The position numbers and the translations under genes were made by a program. A stretch of 64,000 nucleotides of DNA from Camelus ferus (Eukaryota), in assembly GCF_009834535.1 (NCBI RefSeq), contig NC_045696.1, positions 121,646,001 through 121,710,000 on the forward strand. Reading direction: 5' to 3'. Shown one piece after another: positions 14,241 to 27,360 of the stretch; position 1 is the first letter of the stretch, and every line of letters begins with the position of its first letter. The notes under the pieces were generated by a model that saw nothing but the letters and a program-made list of their open reading frames with translations, was not told the DNA's origin and ran no database searches.

Positions 14241-14394
14241 GGGGGGAGGGGATAGCTCAGGGGTAGAGTGTGTGCTTAGCATGCACAAGGTCCTAGGTTC
14301 AATCCCCAGTACCTCCATTAAAAAATAAAAATAAACAAACAAATAAACCTAATTACCTGTTCCTCTGTCAAAAAATAAAACTAAAAATAAAAAA
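14241..14394 (+). mobile_element. Vic-1-type SINE with TSD
   Basis: tRNA-Ala-like head plus aataaacctaattacc body and A-rich tail. TSD agaaaggcgggaa (14226-14238) / agaaaggcaggaa (14395-14407). Confidence 0.9.
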
Positions 14395-15036
14395 AGAAAG
14401 GCAGGAAACAAGGACTAGATCCAAAACCCAGCATCGAGGGCAGCTGGGTCCAGGATGGGGGGTGGGGCACTTCTTAGAGAGTCCTACAGATCCAGGGCCC
14501 CGGACCTTGCTGGTGAGCAAGAAGAATCTGGCCCAGTTGGACCAGTTACGAGCCACCGGGTGGATCCTGGGGACACCACAGATCTGGCAATCACTGCATA
14601 TTTAATATAAAGCATTTGTTCATCTACAAGATTGTCCAGAGAACACGAGTTTTGTGATATGCTAACAGGCATTGCACGAAACAGAGCTCCCTGGACAACT
14701 GAGTTTCAGAAATCCCTTCTGCATAGGGTCAGAGGGATTTCTTGGAAGGACTTTGCAGCACCTTGATAATAAGTGTTTATTGTAAGTCTCCAAGAAGAAT
14801 ATCTAGTTCATAGCATTTTGCAAACTAATTGGTTATGAAATGACCTTTTTTTCTTAAAAGGTATCATATTTCATTTATTTTTGAAACCCAGTGCCTGATT
14901 GAGTGCCAGACACCTAGAAAGCATGCATACCTGTTGGTTAAACAAATGAATGAATGTTTGCCACAAAGATTCACATAAATGGCATTAATGACTGGGGATG
15001 TGAAGGACGCCGGACACAGCAAGGTCATTATATTCA

Positions 15037-15250
15037 GTATCCAGAGGGAACTTTAATTCAAAAAGACTCATGCACCCCAGTGTTCACAGCAGCACTGTTT
15101 ACAATAGCTAAGACACGGAAACAACCTAAATGTCCATCGACAGATGAGTGGATAAAGAAATTGTGGTATATTTATACAATGGGATACTACTCAGCCATAA
15201 AAAAATAACAAAATAATGCCATTTGCAGCAGCATGGATGAACCTGGAGAA
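15037..15250 (+). mobile_element. L1 ORF2 C-terminal fragment
   Basis: Translates as [47 protein letters not shown]. Confidence 0.88.
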
Positions 15251-15762
15251 ACCGACCTTTTAGAGCATTTTGGCAAAATATACGTTAGGAAGCATGGCTA
15301 TAGTGACACAAACCAATGACATTTGCTTTCTTCTTACACACTGCACAGCACCGGAATGAAGTTATCAAAGAAAAGCTTAACTGTAACAAGTTCTGTTGTC
15401 ACCAACTTAACTGTTTTACTCACCTCATCTCTCATCATTTCCTTCTCTTTTTTTCAAAATCTAGAAGGGATACTATTTTAATATGATTAAATAGCTTCCT
15501 CATCTTCATTTCCTCCTACTGACCCTCCTAGAGCAGAAACAGCTACTTCCCTTGAGGTGGTTAGTGATCATGACAGCGAGAGGGCCAGAAATAGAACCAG
15601 TGAATATTGAGCCCTGGAATTCCAACATAGAATTTTGCAGCAACTTAATGGTCTATAAAAGCAAGGTTTTTCAAGAGAAAAAGCATCTCTTAAATCTCTT
15701 AAACCAGCATTAACCAGCTAAGGGCTGGGTCTCTGAGCTATATCATACAGTTTCTTCTACAC

Positions 15763-16955
15763 CCAGGCTTCTCCAACCTTAGTGGGCACATAGTCACCTG
15801 GCAGTCTTGTTAAAACTGCAGAATCTGTATAACTCATATGTGGAATCTAAGAAAAAAGAAAAGAAAAGAAAAAAGAGGACACTAATGAACTCATCTACAA
15901 AAGAAACAGACTTACAGACATAGTAAACAATCTTACGGCTACCAGGGAAAGCAGGTGGGAAGGGGTAAATTTGGGAGTCTGAGATTTTACAAATGTTAAC
16001 CACAATATATAAAAATGGATAAAAACCAAATTTCTTCTGTATAGCACAGGAAAGTATATTCAATATCTCATAATAGCCCTTAATGAAAAAGAATGTGAAA
16101 ACAAATGTATGTATGTATATGCAAGACTGGGACATTGTGCTGTGCACCAGAGATTGACACACTGTAACTGACTATACTTCAGTTTTAAAAAATGCGGAAT
16201 CTCCTCAAAAGACTAGGAATAGACTTACCATATGACCCAGTCATCCTGCTCCTAGGCATATATCCAGAAGGAACCCTACTTCAAAAAGACACCTGCACCC
16301 CAATGTTCATAGCAGCACTATTTACAATAGCCAAGACATGGAAACAGCCTAAATGTCCATCAACAGATGACTGGATAAAGAAGATGTGGTGTATTTATAC
16401 AATGGAATACTACTCAGCCATAAAAACCAACAACATAACGCCATTTGCAGCAACATGGATGTTCCTGGAGAATGTCATTCTAAGTGAAGTAAGCCAGAAA
16501 GAGAAAGAAAAATACAATATGCAATTGCTTATATGTGGAATCTAAAAAAAAATCATAAATACAAAACAGAAACAGACTCATAGACATAGAATACAAACTT
16601 GTGGTTGCCAAGGGGGCGGGGGGTGGGAAGGGGCAGACTGGGATTTCAAAATGTAGAATAGATAAACAAGATTATACTGTATAGCACAGGGAAATACATA
16701 CAAGATCTGGTGGTAGCTCACAGCGAAAAAAATGTGACAATGACTATATGTATTTTCATATATAACTGAAAAATTGTGCTCTACACTAGCATTTGATGCA
16801 ACATTGTAAAATAACTATAACTCAATAAAAAATGTTAAATAAATAAATAAATAAAATTTTAAAATGCGGAATCTGACCTGTTAGGTCAGAGTAGGGCCCG
16901 AGATCCTGCATTTTAATAAGCTCCCAGGTGATGCCGGGACCACACCCTGAGTGAG
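15763..16955. mobile_element. MER5A-like DNA transposon split by two tandem L1 3' ends (15828-16186 and 16203-16860, both +)
   Basis: MER5-like halves (cacctggcagtcttgttaaaactgcagaatctg ... gcccgagatcctgcattttaataagctcccaggtgatg) enclose two L1 tails, with three copies of the target sequence. Confidence 0.88.
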
Positions 16956-17823
16956 GACATACTGAAAGGAGGCCACTCCATGGATGTATGACAGCTCCGG
17001 TGAGGCTTGCTGCCCTAGGGTAGAAAGAAGATAAGACGGAAGTGGGGAGCCCAGAGTTCTCCCTTCCAACCTGAGGGAAGGTGGAGGGAACAAAGGAGGC
17101 AGAGGAAGGTAAGTTGCACCTCAGCCTCCGCTATTTGGGCCTGAGCCCCCGAGAACAGAGGTGCACCAGGAAGGGGTTCCAGGGATTTCCAAAAAGGAAG
17201 AATCCTGTCCCGCTGTGGTTCCCAGTGCTGGAATGAAAATCCTGAGTGTGGCCCCCTGGCCTCAAACAAAATTTCACGATGAGAAATGATGAGACAGAGG
17301 GAAGTCCTCAGTTAACTGTCCAATGCTGCCTTGTGGCCCCATGGGTGGTACCTGAAGCTCCCCAAAGCCCCTGAGAGTTAGTCTGCGGGGGCTTCACAGA
17401 AGCACTTCCAGTAGGGAGGCCCAGTCAGACTTCTGGGATACCCACAGCACAGGACGAGTCAGGGCCAAGTTAACCGGGAAGCAGGCGCACTGAGAGAGGC
17501 CAGACCATTGGGTTCCACCACAGACATCGACCCAACTCCCCTCTGAAGGAGCTGGTGGCCCTTGACCTTGGAGTTCTCCACACCAGGGCGCAGCCCAGCC
17601 CAGGCCCTCCCCCACGGAGATCAGAGCAGACCCAGAAGACAATGCAGCCCTGAATCCCATCTCCACCCCACCAGCCATGGCCACAGAACCACAGCCCTAA
17701 AGTACTCACCACAACGTTGAAGAGGCACAATAGGTGAGGAAAGGAAGACAGTGTTTATACAAAGAAAATAAACTTCTAGACGTGGCATCAATTCCTGGGT
17801 TGGACTAAAATAATTCCGTTGTT

Positions 17824-17960
17824 GGGGGAGGGTACAGCTCAGTGGCAGAGCACCTGCTTAGCATGCACGAGGTCCTGGATTCAGTCCCCAGTACCTCCAT
17901 TAAAAATATATAACCTAATTACTCTCCACCCCCCCCCCCAAAAAAACCCTCAAAATAAAA
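17824..17960 (+). mobile_element. Vic-1-type SINE
   Basis: gggggagggtacagctcagtggcagag...cagtacctccatt...aacctaattac; flanks aattccgttg / aattccattg. Confidence 0.88.
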
Positions 17961-18548
17961 AATTCCATTGGACTAAACAGTGGGACCCAGAAGTTAATTA
18001 GGAAACAAAGCGCAGAAGGGGTGTAGTCCCAGTTCTAGAGATCAGCAACCGTGGTCTATTTTGGCTGGACACACTACAGCCGGGCTCCACTGTGATTTCA
18101 GGCTTGTTAGTTATGTCCAAAGACTCTCAGGCTTTTAGAGGAATTAAATGCCTCCAAGTGGTTAATTTCCTCTTGTCAAAAGTACCCTTCTTAGGTGGAA
18201 CTTTAAAGAAATGACCCCACCTTTAGCTCCTTTCTCTTCCTCAAATAATTTTTTGTGTGTGGTCTGACACCTGGAAGAATGTTTCAAAGGGAAATGCCTT
18301 CTTGAAACAATGCCTGTCCTGACACCGGACATTGAATGATTAAATCATACTGTCTCTGCGCTCCCTCTAAACTTAGGCTGCCAGGAAGAGGTGTAGAGAA
18401 CTGTCCAAGAGCTGTCCCAGCATCCTTGACACCGAAGCCGCTGACATGGGCTCCCCTGGATCCCGAGTGGGGAGTGATCTGACCCACCAAAGGGATTTAA
18501 ACACCCCTCCCAAACCAACCACAGATGAAGAACACTGATCACTCCAAG

Positions 18549-18592
18549 ACACACACACACACACGCACACACACACACACACACGCACACAC
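18549..18592. repeat. (CA)n microsatellite
   Basis: About 22 CA units with two CG interruptions. Confidence 0.95.
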
Positions 18593-18690
18593 AGTGTCCA
18601 GATTCTGAAGCTATAGCAATGCCTCTTAACTAAAAGCCTCACAGCAGGCAGAGAAGAAGATTTCAAAAAAAAAAAAAAAAGAGGAGGATT

Positions 18691-18826
18691 AAAAAAATTT
18701 TTTTTTAATTTTTTTCAGGGGGAGGTAATTAGGTTTATTTATTTATTGAGTGGAGGGAATGGGGATTGAATCCAGGACCTGGTGCATGCTAAGTACGAAC
18801 TCTACCACTGAGATAGACCCTTCCCC
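18691..18826 (-). mobile_element. Vic-1-type SINE with TSD
   Basis: Antisense head and body; TSD agaggaggatt (18680-18690) / agaggagaatt (18827-18837). Confidence 0.88.
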
Positions 18827-19137
18827 AGAGGAGAATTTCTCAGGGTCTCTGGGATGTTTCCTTGGGTGACACACCCTTCCTGCTTCAGTCCCAGCCCCAT
18901 CTCCATTCCCATATGAATCTGTGCCCAATGGAGCTAATGCTACTGCTGCAGAAGTGTTTCATCTTCCAACCTGCTCAGATAAGTAAACAAATAAATGCAA
19001 AGTTGAGAAACCACATGTATCAGAGAAACAGGAGCTCTTGTGTCAACAAATCAGATGCAGGCTAGCGCTTTCCAGAACGTGCAAGGAGGGACAGGAAGCC
19101 CTCTATAAACATTGCTTGAAAAGGAGATGGTATTTTA

Positions 19138-19340
19138 TTTTATTTTATTTTAAATTTCAGGGTTATTTATTTATTTTTAAGTTGAAGTAGAGTCAGTTTA
19201 CAATGTTGTGTCAACTTCTGGTGTACAGCATAACATTCCAGTCATACGTACACATACGTATATTCCTTTCCATATTCTTTTTCATTTTCAGTATAGGTTA
19301 CTGCAAGATATTGAATATCATTCCCTGTGCTGTACAGTAT
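19138..19340 (-). mobile_element. Short L1 3' end with perfect TSD
   Basis: Antisense L1 tail; 14-bp TSD gagatggtatttta at 19124-19137 and 19341-19354. Confidence 0.92.
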
Positions 19341-20190
19341 GAGATGGTATTTTAAATTAGTGTATAAGCAAAGACAAAAAGACCTATCAGTGATTAGTAA
19401 CAACAAGCAAGGAGCTAATATCCCAGGAGCGAGGGGACATACAAAGAAAGTCGACCCAGCTACATTCTAACTACTCTCTGGACTACGATTGTGAGTGGTG
19501 CCCGCCAGCCCCTTAGAGGGGAGAAGATGGGTCACTCATGTCCTTTATTGTGTGACTGCATAGCTAACCGTACTGGATTCTCAGTAAAAGCTTTGTCATC
19601 GTCATAAAATTCTGGGTATAATCTTGAATATCCAGACACATACTGGGCAGATCATAGCTACTCACAGAGTCAAAATGATGGTGCCCTCCTCCCCACAGGA
19701 AGAATTCAGATGGCATGTCCTCTGGCAAACTCTCTCACCATGAGCTACCTGTTCGAGAGGCCTGTGACATCAGTGTTCAACTCCTCTAAGGGAATGATAT
19801 GTTCCCATCGCTTAAAGAAGCTGGACCCTGTTCCTTTGGAACATGTGGAAGACCATCAGACAAAACAAAGTTTGGCAAAGCTCAAACAGATGTCTTTGTT
19901 CCCCAGCCCACCATGAGCTCCAGGCCCCTGATGCAGACGGGGGTGGAGTGAGGGGGGTGCCCCCTCCCAGGTCTGGGAACAGACTGGACTTTCCTGCCTC
20001 CTGCCTTGGCTCACTGAGGGCACTTGCCTTTCTAAATCACGTGTCCACAAAGACTCAGATGGACTCTCACTTCCTTGGCCACTCAGACGTTCACCGACCT
20101 TCCTGTTCACGGAAGTTTCTTGAGCAAGGATTGATTACACCGTCTGGCAGTGTTTAATCATTGCACTGTCTTGTATTCCTTAGGGTATAG

Positions 20191-20279
20191 TTTTTTTTTT
20201 AATGGAGGTGCTAGGGATTGAAACCAGGACAGTCATGAATGCTAAGCATGAGCTCTACCACTGAGCTATACCTTCTCCC
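20191..20279 (-). mobile_element. Vic-1-type SINE
   Basis: T tail followed by atggaggtgctagggattgaa...ctctaccactgagctatacc. Confidence 0.85.
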
Positions 20280-21230
20280 TTAAGTTTTTTGTTTCTGTTT
20301 CATTTTGTTTTGTTTTGTTTCGTTCTAGGGCATTTTCCAAAAAAAGAATTTGAAGACTCCACAGGCCCCTTCGGAAGCTCTCTGCTGCTCTCTCCTGGCA
20401 GTTTGTGGCATTACATCAGGTCTTTCAAGGAACTCAGTTGCCTTAACTCTCTAAACTCTGGTGAAATCCTGTGCATTGGGCGTGCCTGGTGACAAACGGC
20501 CCCTTAAATCCAGCACATGAGAGATGTTCTTAAGTTTCACTTTGTTTCTTTAGTACTTACTTGCCTATCTCTTACGCAGCCACTCAGAATCAGCTAGCCC
20601 TGCCTTCGTTAGATACTATTGGATCTCAAAGGCTCTGCTAAAAAGTCATCCATCTGTATCCGGCTTTTCCTGAAAAACGCTACTCTATGTGGGGCACTGA
20701 AATTTTATGCAACTCATTAGGTTGCTCTTTTTCTGACTCCTTATCCACATAAAAGGTTAGATCTGATGGTATACAGTGGTAATTCTCAACTATTAATTTA
20801 CATAAGAATGCCTGCTGAGCGTGTTAAAAGTTAAATTTTCCAGATAAGCCCCAAGAAACTCTAATTTTCCAGGTGGGTCCTAAAGATCTGTGTTTTTAAC
20901 CTGCACTAGCTAATTCAGATGCAAATGATCCATGAGAAACTGTAGTCCACACTTCATCTTCTATTTCTATTTATCCCATTCCTTGACTCTGCCAAAACTA
21001 CACTCCGAGGCTTCAAAACAGAGTACCAGCCCAGCAAGGACTTGGGGTAAAGACAGCTTCCGTGAATAAGCCTCCTTTATAAGCACAAGAATCACGATTC
21101 TCTCTCCCTGCTGTGTGATGATGGAAGTGCCCCAAACGTGCCCGACACTAGCATCTGATGTCAGGCAGAGTGCTATAATTTAATAATGCTCATCCATAAT
21201 TTATCACCCTGGACCTGCAGCACACAGAAT

Positions 21231-21836
21231 TGATACATAACTGAGTGAGCAAATATTTCAGCCCCCAGGAGGAGCCGAATAACTCAGAGTCCGGGTCTTG
21301 GAGCTTAGAAGAAAAGAGGCAGCTTTATTACTGTGCCGGGCAAAGGGGACTCACAGCAGGCTGGTGCCTTCAGAACTGTGAGCCCACCTTGGGGCTGGGG
21401 TGGGGTGGGTATACAGCCAGAGCTCAAACAATAAAGCATCGATAACGATCAGCAGAATCATTTTCTCATCAGAAGTCTCAGAGGGGCGTCATGATGCCTC
21501 CAGGAGACCAATTCTATAGAGGCCAGTGGTTGTCACTCTTCCCATCTCTTTATCTTGTAATCACTCCAGGTGTGGTCTTCTTGGTATTTAGCCTACTTTG
21601 TAAGGTTACAGTTCTGTGACCTTCTCCCTGGAGAACAAGTCAGAAACCAAGTATGATTACAGCTTTTGATTACTGGAATAAAGCAGGAACAGTAAGATCG
21701 ATAGCTTTAGTTTTAACAACGGGCCTGGAACTGTAAGTAGCAACCGGTCAGTCAGGTCAGTTGACCGTTTTAAGGGCAAGGATGAGAATAAGCAATCTGT
21801 TAACCTAAATGTGGCCATTTTATTAATCCTCCTTCA
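21231..21836 (-). mobile_element. ERV1-type solo LTR
   Basis: Minus strand starts TGAAGGAG and has AATAAA near its end. It is homologous in inverted orientation to 28713-29245. The left boundary is approximate. Confidence 0.75.
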
Positions 21837-21944
21837 AGGAGACTGGTAACTGCCCTTTAGAGTGCTCTGTGGGGATCCTTCCTTAGGCCTGGAGATGGAA
21901 CTCAAGAGGGTTTTGTTTTTGTTTTTGTAATAAAGTTGTGTGTT

Positions 21945-22090
21945 TTAAATGTATTTATTTATATTTTTTTTAGTGGGGGAGATCAATGGGCTTATTGATT
22001 TATTTAATGGAGACACTGAGGATTGAACCCGCGACCTCATGCATGCTAAGCATGCTCTCTACCACTGAGCTGTACCCGGCCCTCCACCCC
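21945..22090 (-). mobile_element. Vic-1-type SINE
   Basis: atggagacactgaggattgaaccc...gcatgctaagcatgctctctaccactgagctgtaccc. Confidence 0.85.
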
Positions 22091-23888
22091 CAAAAGTGTT
22101 TTTTTAATGGTTATTTGCTTACTCAAACGAACACTTACCAGACTAATGGGGCTCCCTCATATTGTTAAGACAAACCCCAAAGAGAAGCACACCACCAGCT
22201 TCTGCAGCAGCCGGTGTTAGTTTCCGTGCGTTTCAGGGGCCGTGCCTGGGGGGGGTAGTGTCTCACGGACTTCACTGTGCATGGAAATCTCATGGGCTCT
22301 TGTTAAAATGCAGATTCTGATTCGCCCGATCTAGGGTGGAGCCTGAGATTTTGCATTTTTTTAACAAGTTCCTGGGTGCTTCTGATGCGTGCTAGTCCTC
22401 GGACCGCAGAGCAGCGAGGCCTTCTTTGGGTTCTGTCCTGGACACAGGCTGCCTGCCTGGCAATCCTGGTGTCACTGCTTACTAACCCTGTGACTAGGGG
22501 CCAGGTGAACTTGGAGCCTAATTATTTCATGTGTAGAACAGGACGGAGGGTTAGTGTGAGAATTAAAATAGGCACGTATAAAACCCGTAAAACTGGGCAC
22601 GTGGAAATCTTCCAACAAATGTACATCATCATGGCCGCAAGACGACGCAACTTCCCGCAACATCTGCGTTAGACTGTGATCTCAGCTTTCAGACATTCCA
22701 GTCCCGTCCTTCCTGGACCCTCCTCCAACCCGCCGTCTTCACCACCCCCACATTATCTCCAGCTGATACACTAGGAAAAGGAGGGGGTGCTGTGTTGGAA
22801 GCAGAGAGGTGTGAAGATGCCATCCATGCTGGCTTTGAAAATGGCGGCAGGGACCGTGAGCCAAGGAACGCAGGTCTAGAAGCTGGAAATGCCACGGAGG
22901 CAGATTCTTCCCTAGACCCATAAGAGAGGGCCCGGCCCCGCCAGCAACTTGCCTGTGGCCCAGCGACACTGAATCTGGACTTCTGGCCTCCAGAACCATG
23001 AGAGAATGATACAGATTTGTACCTGGCTGACTCATTGCTGTATTTTTCCTATTTCATTAGGGCCGCACCAAGATTGCTCCCTTTTTCCTTCCCACTCTCC
23101 TCCTAGAATGCAAATTCCCTAGGGCACGGTCCCCTCTCACTGTATCCTAGCAGCTGGAACAGGGCCTGGCACACAGTGGATGCTGGATAGATACTGGCTG
23201 AATGAGCGAGTTGCAGCCACCTCCTCCTCACTGCCTCCCTGCAGGAGCCTGCATACAGTCCCTTGAGCTCAGCAGTGCTCCTGTCCACCCACAGCTCCAC
23301 ACTGGAGATGAACCTGGATTCTGAGAGGTGAATACAGGCAAAATCAATCCCAGTTTGCCACTGACAAAACAATACAAGGGAAAGGCGAGCCCTCGCTCTT
23401 AAAAGCAGCAAGTCACTATTGGAAAAAGAGAAGTGAACATGTGTTGATTGCAGAGGAGGAAATGAAATCTGAGAGGTTAAGTAACCCGCCCAGGGTCACA
23501 GAATAAGGATCATTCTTCAGGTTTATATAACCAAACTTTATATACAGTGTGATTTCAAGTTTTACTGAACAGTGGTTCTCACAGTGCTCCCAGGGCGACC
23601 GGCAGCTTATCACTGGGAACTTGCAGAAATGCACATTCCCAGGCCCTGTCCCAGACCTACCGCAGCAGAAGCTCTGGGGGTGGGCCCAGGACCTGTGTTT
23701 TAACAAGTGTTCCAGGGGATGCTGTGCATATGTGAGTCTGAGAACCGCCGTCCTCTACCATGCTGCCCTCAGCATCTTCCAACCCTCCTTTATCCTGGGA
23801 ATATTTAAAAAGGAGAAACCTACTTGCAGTGCCAACTGGTGCCTGCTGAGGCCCTGCAGGCCTCAAACTCCCAGCCCTTAGGCGTCTT

Positions 23889-24324
23889 TGAGAGATAAAC
23901 TACTGAGGGGCGTTTGCCTCAGCAGAATTAACAGCCCTGGGAAATGGCTAGTCTCACGGTGCCTCAGGCCGACTTGTCACAGCCCACGTCTGCTCCTTAT
24001 TGGGATCATAAATTCCACCACCCTGCTTTTGTCAGCCCACGTCTCCATCTTACTGAGACGTAAATCGTCTCTCCTCCTGTGAACCAAAGCCCCCACCCCG
24101 TTTACAGCCAGTCAGAAATCCGTCCCCTTCCCCTTTGTGCTCAAGCCCTTCCCCAGTTAACAGGCCCTGCACACTCACCCTCGCGGCTCTCGCAGGCCCC
24201 TCTCGTCTGTGTGGCCCGCTGTTGCCTGTAGCTGGGACCTAATAAACTTTCCTTTATTCTCAAATTTCCCTTGGTAAAGTCTTTTACCACCCATGACGCC
24301 AGCCCTCCTTGTGTCCCCCAACAC
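23889..24324 (+). mobile_element. Probable ERV solo LTR
   Basis: TG start, aataaactttcctttattctc poly(A) region, LTR-like length and composition. Confidence 0.55.
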
Positions 24325-24959
24325 TACTCCTAAAAATATTTAAACGTTAAATCAGACGACCCAAGAGTTACCCTTAAAAGTGGAGACTTGCCTGGAGCAT
24401 AAAGCCGGGAGTAAAGAGAGAAAAGATTAGTATTTCTCATAGGAAGGGAGTTTGAGAGAAAACTCCCCCAAATGTTCATCCCAGTCCCACCCCCCTCCCA
24501 CCCACCACAGTCCGTGGGCCCCTTAGCACGTGTGGGACGGATCCCTGGCATCCTGCGCAAGCTGTGGAGTTATGGGAAAGTCTTGATTTTAGGGATGCTC
24601 TGAAGGGGACAATGGCCGGATGTCAGCTTGTGAAGGGAGACAGACATTATTTTATATTTTCTATCTCACACGAAGGAAGGCAGAGGCGAAAAGTGGGATC
24701 TTGGCAATTTTAAGCCAATTAGGTATACTGAAGGCCAGGAGAGGAAACAAAAGATTTTCAAATAAAACATAGTATCTAAGGGTGACACGAAGTTTGGGAT
24801 GTTTCAAAAAACACTCAGGCAAAATGAAAGGAGTGGAGAAAAGATTTCACCTTCTTTCAGAAGATTGGCAAAGCATTAACAACTTCAAACAGGGGAAGTG
24901 GGAGTTCAGGACAAGTCTCCCCACTGTTGTGTGTATTTGAAAATTTTCCATAATAAAGA

Positions 24960-25103
24960 TTTTTTTTTTAATTTTGGGCGAGTCGGTACTTAGGTTTGTT
25001 TGTTTGTTTGTTTGTTTCTTTATAATGGAGGTGCTGGGGATTGAACCCAGGACCTTGTGCATGCTAAGCACACACTCTACCACAGAGCTGTAACTCCACC
25101 CCC
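24960..25103 (-). mobile_element. Vic-1-type SINE
   Basis: atggaggtgctggggattgaacccaggaccttgtgcatgctaagcacacactctaccacagagctgtaac. Confidence 0.88.
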
Positions 25104-25346
25104 TCAAAAAAATTTTTTTTAAAGAGAAATACAATCCTAATGCTCAGATGAGAGGTAAGACATGTGAACACTTGAACCTGCTGAAGGCGTCTGTTCCAGG
25201 GACTTGCAGTTAAACCACACCATGGTTTGATCTGAGCTGAAGTCACTGTCACCTGTAGGTTCCAGAATGCTGACCCTAGAAGAGAAAAATCCCCAAATTC
25301 GTACGTTTAAGGATAGCCACACACATAGTGAAGCAGACATACTTAC

Positions 25347-25880
25347 GCTAAGGAGTCAGATAAGCTGGGGCACTGGACAGATAAGGTGGAGGAGAGGGGG
25401 GAGGGTCCAGGAGATGCCCACCTCCAGCACAGAGGGGCTTCACATCCTCTAAATGGGCACCAGCAAGAGACCGGTTAGAACCCAAAAGCGGCAACTGTGC
25501 GGTAGCGAGAAGGACCTAACCGGACAGGACCCAGTGCTCACTGTAACATAATTAACACCTCGGTTTAGGCCCCTCCATGGGTGTTTCTGTGTGCATCACG
25601 GGTAAGGACACGTGCAAAGGGGCCAAACATGACTAAGCACTCCAGGGACAAGAGTCGTCAGTCAACCAAGAGACCACCTCTAAGCGAGGCTGTAAGAGAA
25701 GGGGGCAGAGACCACCGCTCTCCGCCCCTGGATCAGCCCGCCTCCTGTTCTTGGAGGGGTGCTTTTCTTAAATAAGCCCTTTAAAATCTTTCGCTACACA
25801 GCGCACCGTCTCCCCCCTGCAGTCTTATCTTTTGGGTAAGACAAGGACTGGAGTCATTTTCCTTTCCTTTTGGGGTAACA
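25347..25880 (+). mobile_element. Probable ERV1 solo LTR, followed by a MER53-like hAT remnant (to about 25968)
   Basis: Ends tttggggtaaca. The downstream aaattcaaattcaaccaggtgtcctgtattt...aaatctggcaaccct resembles a MER53 terminal repeat. Confidence 0.55.
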
Positions 25881-26825
25881 CTTAGACTGAAAAACAAAAT
25901 CTTATTTATCTAAAATTCAAATTCAACCAGGTGTCCTGTATTTCTATTTGCTAAATCTGGCAACCCTACCAATATTCTGTTATCTAACTAAAATTTGACA
26001 CTATGATCAAAGATTGATCCAAGTATATTTTCTACCTCAGTTCATGTCGCCTTCCTCCCCATCCCACTCAGCCTCTGTCTCTCCTCCTCCGTCCTGATAC
26101 ACTTCACCCCCGTTTTCCTTCCTCGTGTCTGTACCGTATGGTTAATCTCCTCCACAGTCAATCTGTTTCACTCACACAAATCAATGGAAAATGAGACTGG
26201 TGTGTGGTAAACCTAGATTCAAAACAAGGTCAAGTTAACGTCTCACCGGTGTTGGTGTTACTGCCTTTCTTCCCAGCACCAGACGCACAAAAGTCAAGGA
26301 TGAGGAAGACCGAGGAAGGAAAGGGACAGGACAGGGGACAGGCAGCCAGTCCAGCCCTGAGTCCTCCCAGTTTCACCAGAGAGAAGGGTATTTTAGTTCC
26401 TTAAGATGTGAATCCAGGTAATTGATCATTTTTTTTTAAAAGAAAAGACAAATTTTATCTTGCAGAAGTGATTTTTTTTAAGAGGGGGCAGGAGAAGCAA
26501 GAGGAGGAAATATTAATGCCCAGAGCCCTTTTGCTAACATTTTGTAAAACAGAATTTCACAAGGGTTCCAGTCAGTCCTCAGCCCCTGTAGGTGGTGGGT
26601 GCATCGCAGACTTATAAGGAGAGGTAAGTCTAGAGGGTGGAGGGAGTACCTGGAATGCTGACATGAGGGTTTAGTGTGAAAGAAACAGGGCTTTTGGCAG
26701 GAAGAGAGGCACCCAGGCCTTCAGGGACCTCAGTTGTTGTGGCACAGCAGGGTGTCAGGACGCCACCACTAGGCATCTTGTTTGCAGGTGACAGAAATGT
26801 GACAAACAGGGAATTTACTGGGTCT

Positions 26826-27360
26826 TGCAAATGAAAAATATTGCCTGCCTTATCCGTAAACAACGGATGTTGCAGGCCTCGAGTCATCACCTTGCAACCA
26901 CTCTGCCGGTGCACCCAGAGGGGACTTGGGGTGGGAACCGGTTGCCCACCATCCAGCCCTCGGTACTACAGACGCCCTGCCGGTGCACCCAGAGGGGACT
27001 CAGGGTGGGAAAGAACAGGACCCTGGCCCCAGGCAGCTAGATGCAGATCAAAGGAATGATTTCAGTGAGCCCAGACTTCTACACCTTCCCATACATAGGA
27101 AAGTGCTAAATTCCTTAACTTGAGATGTCTCGTTTTCTTCAATTAATAGTAATCTTTTGATGTTCCAACTACCTGGTCTTTGTTGCAAAAACTCCTATAT
27201 ATCCCGACCCCTCCCCTGCCTCTTCGGAGCGGCCCTTCAGAGCAATCTGAGAGGCTGCCATCCCAGGTTCAAAGGGGGTGCAAGTCCTCAGAAATGTCCA
27301 CCAAAAAAAACATAATTCTCAACTTTTAGGCTGTGCTCTTCCCCCCCTCCCCAGCCAAAT
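26826..27360 (+). mobile_element. MER41-like ERV1 solo LTR
   Basis: tgcaaatgaaaaatattgcc...aaaaactcctatatatccc...ctgagaggctg; 4-bp TSD GTCT (26822-26825 / 27361-27364). Same family as 60602-61073. Confidence 0.7.

Noticed and set aside
14241..14320. Apparent tRNA-Ala(AGC) genes (this and about 10 similar copies)
   Set aside because: They have an extended GGGGAG 5' end, imperfect stems, a shared aacctaattacc body, A tails and TSDs, so they are SINE heads rather than tRNA genes.
16192..16545. 117-aa ORF, and similar ORFs at 10068, 14954, 37480-38149 and 39134
   Set aside because: All are L1 ORF2 C-terminal remnants.
21245..21445. Two ORFs with similar peptides (21245 + and 28982 -) as a small gene family
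   Set aside because: The similarity comes from antisense translation of two homologous LTRs.
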